Source: an uncultured Candidatus Rokubacteria bacterium
GTDB taxonomy: Bacteria; Methylomirabilota; Methylomirabilia; Rokubacteriales; DASRDR01
Assembly: GCA_963708025.1 (NCBI GenBank)
Contig: CAVPSB010000018.1
Span: forward strand, 320,001 to 384,000
DNA length: 64,000 bases
Direction: 5' to 3'
Positions 56,856 to 64,000 of the stretch are shown here, piece after piece. The first letter of the stretch is position 1. Each line of letters starts with the position of its first letter. Both the position numbers and the translations under genes were made by a program. Under the pieces are notes generated by a model. The model did not search any database, was not told the DNA's origin, and saw only the letters and a list, made by a program, of their open reading frames with translations.

Positions 56856-58250
56856 TCAGGCGTCCGGAGGATCGAGGGCTCCCCGGGCCTCGAGCCACGC
56901 CAGGGCATCGCCGATGAGGAAGAGCGAGCCGGCGACGCAGACGACGTCGGCGGCCGGCTCCGCGAGCGCAGCGGCCAGCCCCTCGCCGACGCCGGGCGTC
57001 AGCGTGACCCGGGCCTCCAGGGGCGGAAGCGCGGCCGCCAGCTCGGCCGGCGGCGCGGCCCGCGGGTTGGTGGCCGCGGTCAGCACCACGTGCCCGGCCA
57101 GCGGCGCCAGGGCCTTCAGGATGCCGGCCCGGTCCTTGTCGGCCGAGACCCCGAGCACCAGCGTGACGCGGGCCCCCGGGAAGTAGTGGGTGAGCGAGGC
57201 GGCGAGGGCGGCGGCCCCGCCGGGGTTGTGGGCGCCGTCCAGGACGATCGTCGGTCGCGAGCCCCGTCCGGGAATGACCTGGAACCGGCCGGGCCACCGG
57301 ACCGTCGCGCACCCGGCCCGGATGGCGGCGTCGGGCAGCTCGATGCCGGCCCGCTCCGCCAGCGCGCGGACGGCGCCGACGGCGAGGACGGCGTTCCCGG
57401 GCTGGAAGCGCCCGAGCAGCGCCAGCTCGACGTCGCGGAGGGTCCAGCCGGGCCCGCCCCAGGAGGGAGCGGCGTCCCCCAAAGGCCGAAGGCCGTCGGC
57501 AGACCCGGAGGCCGGAGGCGCCGCGACCTGATGAAGATGAATTCGCTGGCCCTGGAGGTCGGAAGCGACCTCCTCGACACGGAGGTCGCGTCGCTCCACC
57601 AGGAGCGGGACGCCGAGCGCGCGGCAGCGGGCCTCGATGACCGCCATCGCCTCGGGCGGCTGGACGGCCGACAGCGCCACACCGCCGGGATTCCGGATGA
57701 TCGCCGCCTTCTCGGCGGCAATCTCCTCGAGCCGATGGCCCAGGTACTCCTGGTGGTCGTAGTCGATGCGCGTGATCACCGAGCAGAGTGCCGCCCCCAC
57801 GTTGGTCGCGTCCCAGCGCCCGCCGAGCCCCACCTCGAGCACGGCCACCTCGACGCCCGCGTCCCGGAAGGCCCCCAGCGCCACCGCCGTCATGGCCTCG
57901 AAGAAGGTGACGGCGCCGGCCTCGAGCGGGCCGGCTAGGCGCTCGACCTGCCGGGCCAGCGCCTCGCGGGTGATCACCGCGCCGTCGATCCGGATCCGCT
58001 CCGCCAGGTCGCGGAGGTGCGGCGAGGTGTAGAGGCCGGTGCGCCGGCCGGCCGCGCGGAGGATCGCTTCGGCCAGCGCCGAGACGGAGCCCTTCCCGTT
58101 GGTGCCGGCGACGTGGAGGATGCGGAGCGCGGCCTCGGGATGGTCGAGCCGGTCGAGGAGCGCCTCGATGCGCTCCAGGCCCGGCCGCATGCCGGATCGC
58201 TCGAACGGCTGGAGGCGGCGCAGGAGCCCGACGGCGGCGTCGGTCGTCAC
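56856..58250 (-). CDS. folC: Folylpolyglutamate synthase/dihydrofolate synthase
   Basis: HVAGTNGKGS, YTSPHL, LEVGLGGRWDATN, WPGRFQ, LDGAHNP, GSLFLIG; follows accD. Confidence 0.95.
   Translation of the reverse strand: MTTDAAVGLLRRLQPFERSGMRPGLERIEALLDRLDHPEAALRILHVAGTNGKGSVSALAEAILRAAGRRTGLYTSPHLRDLAERIRIDGAVITREALARQVERLAGPLEAGAVTFFEAMTAVALGAFRDAGVEVAVLEVGLGGRWDATNVGAALCSVITRIDYDHQEYLGHRLEEIAAEKAAIIRNPGGVALSAVQPPEAMAVIEARCRALGVPLLVERRDLRVEEVASDLQGQRIHLHQVAAPPASGSADGLRPLGDAAPSWGGPGWTLRDVELALLGRFQPGNAVLAVGAVRALAERAGIELPDAAIRAGCATVRWPGRFQVIPGRGSRPTIVLDGAHNPGGAAALAASLTHYFPGARVTLVLGVSADKDRAGILKALAPLAGHVVLTAATNPRAAPPAELAAALPPLEARVTLTPGVGEGLAAALAEPAADVVCVAGSLFLIGDALAWLEARGALDPPDA
57460..57530 (+). 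repeat. Palindromic element with GAA module (57479-57497) inserted in frame in folC
   Basis: cagg..gcggcg ..ccaaaggccgaaggccgtc.. ccggagg ccggagg cgccgc..cctg. Confidence 0.8.
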
Positions 58251-59101
58251 GGGATGGCGGGGTCGGCGGGCGCCTCCGCGAAGAACCCCAGCAGCCGCCG
58301 CAGCAGCTCACGCTGCTCCTTCCGCTCGATCACGAGGTCCACCATGCCGTGCTCGAGGAGGAACTCGGAGCGCTGGAACCCCTCGGGGAGCGGCTGCCGG
58401 ATCGTCTCCTGGATGACCCGGGGGCCGGCGAACCCGATCAGGGCGCGCGGCTCGGCCAGGATGATGTCCCCCAGCATCGCGAACGAGGCGGTGACCCCGC
58501 CGGTGGTCGGGTCGGTGAGCAGGGCGAAGTAGGGGACGCGCTCCTCCGCGAGCCGGCCGAGCGCCGCGCAGGTCTTGGCCATCTGCATGAGGGACAGCAC
58601 GCCCTCCTGCATGCGGGCGCCACCCGAGCAGGTGACGATCAGCAGCGGCGTCCGCTTGCGCGCGGCCAGCTCGATGGCGCGGGTGATCTTCTCGCCGACC
58701 ACCGAGGCCATGCTGCCCCCCATGAAGGCGAACTCGAAGACGCAGATCACCACCGGGTAGCCGCCGATGCGGCCGAGCCCCGAGAGGACGGCATCCTCGC
58801 TCCCGGTCTTCTCGCGGGAGGCGATCAGGCGGTCGCGATAGCGCCCACGGCTGTCCTTGAACCCGAGGGGATCGGTGGAGCGCAGCCCCGCGTCCCGCTC
58901 CTCGAAGGAGTCGGGGTCCAGGAGGAGGGCCAGGCGGTCCCGGGCGGAGAGGCGGAACGGGACGCCGCAGCGGGGGCAGGTGCGTGCGTTCTTCTCGACG
59001 TCGGGGCGGTAGACGATTTCCCGGCAGGCCTCGCACTTGATCCAGAGGCCCTGGGTGATGACGACTTTCCGGTCCTTCTTACCGCCGAACAGCCAGGCCA
59101 C
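58247..59101 (-). CDS. accD: Acetyl-CoA carboxylase carboxyltransferase beta subunit
   Basis: GLWIKCEAC zinc finger, FMGGSMASVVGEK, SGGARMQEG, DPTTGGVTASFA. Confidence 0.97.
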   Translation of the reverse strand: MAWLFGGKKDRKVVITQGLWIKCEACREIVYRPDVEKNARTCPRCGVPFRLSARDRLALLLDPDSFEERDAGLRSTDPLGFKDSRGRYRDRLIASREKTGSEDAVLSGLGRIGGYPVVICVFEFAFMGGSMASVVGEKITRAIELAARKRTPLLIVTCSGGARMQEGVLSLMQMAKTCAALGRLAEERVPYFALLTDPTTGGVTASFAMLGDIILAEPRALIGFAGPRVIQETIRQPLPEGFQRSEFLLEHGMVDLVIERKEQRELLRRLLGFFAEAPADPAIP

Positions 59102-59110
59102 AGCCTGATT

Positions 59111-59918
59111 TTACTCCTGTGGGGCGGGCGGGCTCCCGGGCCGGGTGGCAGCCTTGAGCTGGGCGATGAAGTCGCCGACCTTCCGGACGAGGGCGGGGTC
59201 GCCGGCGAGCGTCTCGATGAGCCGCACGATGGCGCTGCCGACGATGGCGGCATCGGCGTAGCGCACCACCTCGGTCACGTGAGCCGGCGTCGAGATGCCG
59301 AAGCCGACGCCGATCGGCTTGGTGGTGACCGCCCGCAGGTCGCGGACGAGGGCGACCAGGTCCGGCGGCAGCTCGGCCCGCTCGCCGGTGATGCCGGTCA
59401 GGGCGACCAGGTACACGAACCCGCGGCTCTGCCGGGCGATCCGCCGGAGGCGGTCTCCGCCGCTGGTCGGCGCCGCCAGGTACACGAGGTCGAGGCCGGC
59501 CGCGTGGGCCGCCCGGTCCACGGGCGGGCTCTCCTCCAGCGGGAGATCGGGGACGATGAGGCCGGCGAAGCCGGCCGCGGCCAGATCCCGAACCGCCGCC
59601 TCCAGGCCGTATCGGTAGAGCGGGTTCAGGTACGTCATGAGCACGAGCGGCGCCGCCACGTGCCCCCGGAGCGAGGCGACCATGGACAGGAGCTTGGCCA
59701 GGCTCACGCCCCCGGCCAGGGCGCGGGCCCCGGCCCGCTGGATCGTCGGCCCGTCGGCGAGGGGATCGGAGAAGGGGAGGCCCAGCTCGATCACGTCCGC
59801 ACCCCGGGCCGCCGCCTCCTCGACGAGGAGGCGCGTCACCTCGAGGCTCGGGTCCCCGGCGGCGAAGTACGGGATGAGGGCCCGCCCCCCCTCGGCCCGG
59901 AGCCGGGCGAAGGTGTCC

Positions 59919-59932
<14 letters not shown>
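59111..59932 (-). CDS. trpA: Tryptophan synthase alpha chain
   Basis: [40 protein letters not shown]. Confidence 0.97.
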
Positions 59933-61105
<1,173 letters not shown>

Positions 61106-61109
<4 letters not shown>

Positions 61110-61729
61110 GCCGCCCTCCGGACTTCGGCCACGAACCGCCACACCCGGTCCGGGTCCTTCTGCCCGGGCCGCGCCTCGACCCCGGAGTTGACGTTGACCC
61201 CGTAGGGGCGCGCGATCCCCACCGCCCGCGCCACGTTGTCGGGCGTCAGGCCGGCGGAGAGGATGATGCGCCCGGAGCCGGAGGCCAGCCGGGCCAGCTG
61301 CCACTCGATGGGCTGGCGCGGCTCGCCCTCGCTCCAGCGCGCGGCGCTGTCCAGGAGAAAGGCGGCGACCGCGTCCCGGTAACCCGGCAGGCGGGCGAGG
61401 TCCTGGGGGCCGCTGACCTTGATCGTCTTGATCACCGGCAGGCCGTACTGCCGCGCGTCCTCCGGGGACTCGTCGCCGTGGAGCTGGAGAGCGCGCAGCC
61501 CGCACGTCTCGGCCATCGCCTTCACGTGGGCGCTCGCGTGGTCCCAGAAGACGCCGACCGGGGTGACGAACGGCGGCAGGATCCGGATGATCGCGGCGGC
61601 GGCGCTGGGCGTGACGTAACGGGGCGTCCCCTCCACGAAGATGAAGCCGAGGGCGTCGGCGCCCGCCTCGACGGCCAGGAGCGCGTCCTCGGGGTTCGTG
61701 ATGCCGCAGATCTTGACCCGGACGCTCAT
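61106..61729 (-). CDS. trpF: Phosphoribosylanthranilate isomerase
   Basis: [27 protein letters not shown]...KD. Confidence 0.95.
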
Positions 61730-62505
61730 GCCAGGAGCTCCCGGATCTTCGCCGCCGGGTCCCCGCTGCGGGACAGCGCCTCGCCGACGAGGATCGCGTG
61801 AGCGCCGGCGGCCGCCACCCGCCGGACGTCGGCGGCCGTCGCGATGCCGCTTTCCGAGACCAGGCGGACGCCGGCCGGCGCCCGGGGCGCCAGCCGCTCC
61901 GTGGTGGCGACGTCGGTCCGGAAGGTCTTGAGGTCGCGGTTGTTGATCCCGACGAGGCGCGCGCCGAGCGCGGCCGCCTGGTCGAGCTCCCCCTCGTCGT
62001 GCACCTCGACCAGCACCGAGAGCCCGAGCCCCCGGGCCACGCGGTACAGCTCGGCCAGCCGGGCCGGCTCCAGGATCGCCACGATCAATAGGATAGCGTC
62101 CGCCGCGTGGGCGCGCGCCTCCCAGAGCTGGTAGGCGTCGATGACGAAGTCCTTCTGGAGGACGGGGCAGGCCACGGCCGATCGGACGACGCCGAGGTCG
62201 GCGAGGCTCCCCTGGAAGTGGGGATCGGTGAGGACCGAGAGCGCGGCGGCGCCGGCCACGGCGTACTCGGGGGCGCGGGCGATCGGGTCGAAGCCCTGGG
62301 CGAGGACACCGGCCACCGGCGAGGCGCGCTTCAGCTCGGCGAGCAGCCGGACGCGCCCCGGCTCGGCCGGCGCCAGCGCGGCCACGAGGTCGCGCGGGGC
62401 GGGGACGCCGGCCGCCCGCGCCTCCAGGTCGCGCAGGGGCACGGCCGTCCGCCGCTCGGTGACGGCGATCCGCTTCCGGGCGACGATGTCGTCGAGAAGG
62501 CCCAT
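61726..62505 (-). CDS. trpC: Indole-3-glycerol phosphate synthase
   Basis: [35 protein letters not shown]. Confidence 0.96.
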   Translation of the reverse strand: MGLLDDIVARKRIAVTERRTAVPLRDLEARAAGVPAPRDLVAALAPAEPGRVRLLAELKRASPVAGVLAQGFDPIARAPEYAVAGAAALSVLTDPHFQGSLADLGVVRSAVACPVLQKDFVIDAYQLWEARAHAADAILLIVAILEPARLAELYRVARGLGLSVLVEVHDEGELDQAAALGARLVGINNRDLKTFRTDVATTERLAPRAPAGVRLVSESGIATAADVRRVAAAGAHAILVGEALSRSGDPAAKIRELLA

Positions 62506-62591
62506 GGGACCCTTAGACTAGCACCACGACTCGTCTTCGTCATCCGGCGCGGCGCCTCGCCCCGGATATCGTCGCGGTCGCTCGGCGCCTT

Positions 62592-62600
62592 GTGTATGAT
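62592..62600 (+). promoter_or_regulatory. Possible -10 element for the acyl-CoA synthetase
   Basis: gtgTATGAT about 40 nt upstream of GTG 62642. Confidence 0.35.
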
Positions 62601-62641
62601 GGGCGCGTCCGCAGACGCCACGGCCGACGGAGAGCCGGGCA

Positions 62642-64000
62642 GTGGAGGGCGACGCGGCGGAAACCGTTCGTGATCTGATCGACCGGATGGCGGCGCTCCG
62701 GGGTGACGCCCCGTTCCTGATCGCCCCCGGAACCGGACGCGTCGTGACCTTCGCGCAGCTCCGGGAGCACTCGCGCGAGTTCGCCGGCCGGCTGGCGGAC
62801 CGCGGCGTGGCTCCCGGCGAGCGCGTGGCCTTCCTCCTGGAGAGCGGGGTCTTCACCGTCCAGGCGGTGCTGGGGACGCTCTACGCGGGGCGGGTCCCGG
62901 TCCCCCTCAACGCCGACGCGGCGCCGTCCGAGATCGCTCGCACCGTAGGCCACTCGGATGCCCGCCTGGTCTTCGTCGCGCCACAGGGCGTCGAGGCGCG
63001 GGACGGGGAGTTCGCGTGGGACCGGCCGATCCAGGTGGTCCACGCCGACCCCGACGCCGGCGTGGACCGGGACGGCGCCCCGGTCCCGGCCGCCGTCCTG
63101 CCGCCGATCCAGCCAGACGACGACGGGCTGCAGATCTACACCTCGGGCACGACCGGCCGGCCGAAGGCCGTGGTGATCTCCCACCGCGGCCTCCTGGCGG
63201 CCGGGGCCAGCACGGCCGAGGCCCACCGACTCGGCGCCGAGGACCGCGCGCTGTGCGCCCTGCCCCTCTACCACACGAACGCCCAGAACTTCGTCCTGAT
63301 GCCGATCCTCGTGAGCGGGGGCTCGGTCGTCATCCCGCGGCACTTCGACGCCAGCGCGTTCTGGGCCCTGGTGGCTCGCCATCGCTGCACCTGGCTGCCC
63401 CTGGTCCCGGCCATCATCGGCCAGCTCCTGAGCCGGACGGAGCGGCCGGCCGAGGCGCTCGGACACGTGCGCTTCGTGCGCTCGTCGTCGGCCCCGCTGG
63501 CGCCGGCCCGGCACCGGGAGTTCGAGGCCCGGTTCGGCCTGCCTCTGATCGAGGGGATGGGATCGAGCGAGGGTGGGGCCGGATACTTCGCCACCCCGCC
63601 CCCGCCCGCGCTCCGCAAGATCGGGTCGCCCGGCCTGCCGATCGGCATCGAGGCCCGGGTGGTCAACGGGACGGGACGGGTGCTGCCCGCCGGCCAGACC
63701 GGCGAGATCGCCGTCCGGGGCCCGTCCGTGATGAAGGGCTACTACAAGGATCCCGCCGCCACCGCCGCGGTGCTGGGGTCGGACGGCTGGCTCCGGACCG
63801 GCGACCTCGGCTACCTCGACGCGGACGGGTACGTCTTCGTGGTCGGTCGCGCGAAGGAGATCATCAACAAGGCGGGCGAGAAGATCGTGCCGCGCGAGAT
63901 CGACGAGCTGCTGGCGGCGCACCCGGCGGTCGTCGAGGCGGCGGCGGTCGGCGTCCCCCACCCGGACCTCGGCGAGGACGTCGTGGCGTACGTCGTCTTG
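62642..64000 (+). CDS. AMP-binding acyl-CoA synthetase (3'-truncated by window; absent from the ORF track)
   Basis: Hand translation: IYTSGTTGRPK, LPLYH, IEGMGSSE, GEIAVRGPSVMKGYY, WLRTGDLG, GRAKEIINKAGEK. Confidence 0.92.
   Translation, partial: MEGDAAETVRDLIDRMAALRGDAPFLIAPGTGRVVTFAQLREHSREFAGRLADRGVAPGERVAFLLESGVFTVQAVLGTLYAGRVPVPLNADAAPSEIARTVGHSDARLVFVAPQGVEARDGEFAWDRPIQVVHADPDAGVDRDGAPVPAAVLPPIQPDDDGLQIYTSGTTGRPKAVVISHRGLLAAGASTAEAHRLGAEDRALCALPLYHTNAQNFVLMPILVSGGSVVIPRHFDASAFWALVARHRCTWLPLVPAIIGQLLSRTERPAEALGHVRFVRSSSAPLAPARHREFEARFGLPLIEGMGSSEGGAGYFATPPPPALRKIGSPGLPIGIEARVVNGTGRVLPAGQTGEIAVRGPSVMKGYYKDPAATAAVLGSDGWLRTGDLGYLDADGYVFVVGRAKEIINKAGEKIVPREIDELLAAHPAVVEAAAVGVPHPDLGEDVVAYVVL

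Noticed and set aside
62506-62641. trp attenuator or leader peptide upstream of trpC
   Set aside because: No Trp-codon leader or U-tailed terminator; short divergent promoter region only

Overview
Very GC-rich bacterial DNA from a diderm (it carries lptD). The style suggests an uncultured lineage such as Ca. Rokubacteria/Methylomirabilota, but this is unverified inference. About 53 kb of the 64 kb is a cell-envelope glycan super-cluster in two convergent arms. The + arm (1-24.3 kb) holds an epimerase tail, asnB-like amidotransferase, two flippase-like proteins, a TolB-like propeller, a UbiA-type prenyltransferase, a GAF/PAS kinase with NarL regulator, a GT2, two Gfo/Idh/MocA oxidoreductases and an ArnT-like GT-C. 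It ends in a tandem array of three ~900-aa GT-C-like proteins with C-terminal ILEI/FAM3-like domains plus two deletion relics. The - arm (55.5-24.3 kb) holds lptD, three DegT aminotransferases, two GDP-sugar SDRs, wzm/wzt, two methyltransferases, five GT4s, two GT2s, rfbD, a radical SAM/SPASM enzyme, three more GT-C-like proteins and a 2OG oxygenase. The rest is trpC-trpF-trpB-trpA-accD-folC-DUF72 and a partial acyl-CoA synthetase. The most notable unexplained signals are two. (1) A modular family of short palindromic repeats shows compensatory base changes and C(GNA)G triloop hairpins, is often bounded by CTAG, and sits both between genes and inside coding sequence, including in frame in folC. 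(2) The GT-C/ILEI array appears to recombine: one copy is chimeric, there is a 41-codon collapsed-gene scar, and the homogenised tracts use almost only G-ending codons. Many genes at 25-37 kb and 44-48 kb are frameshifted, probably from long-read consensus errors, so coordinates there are approximate. No transposase, tRNA, rRNA or CRISPR array was seen.
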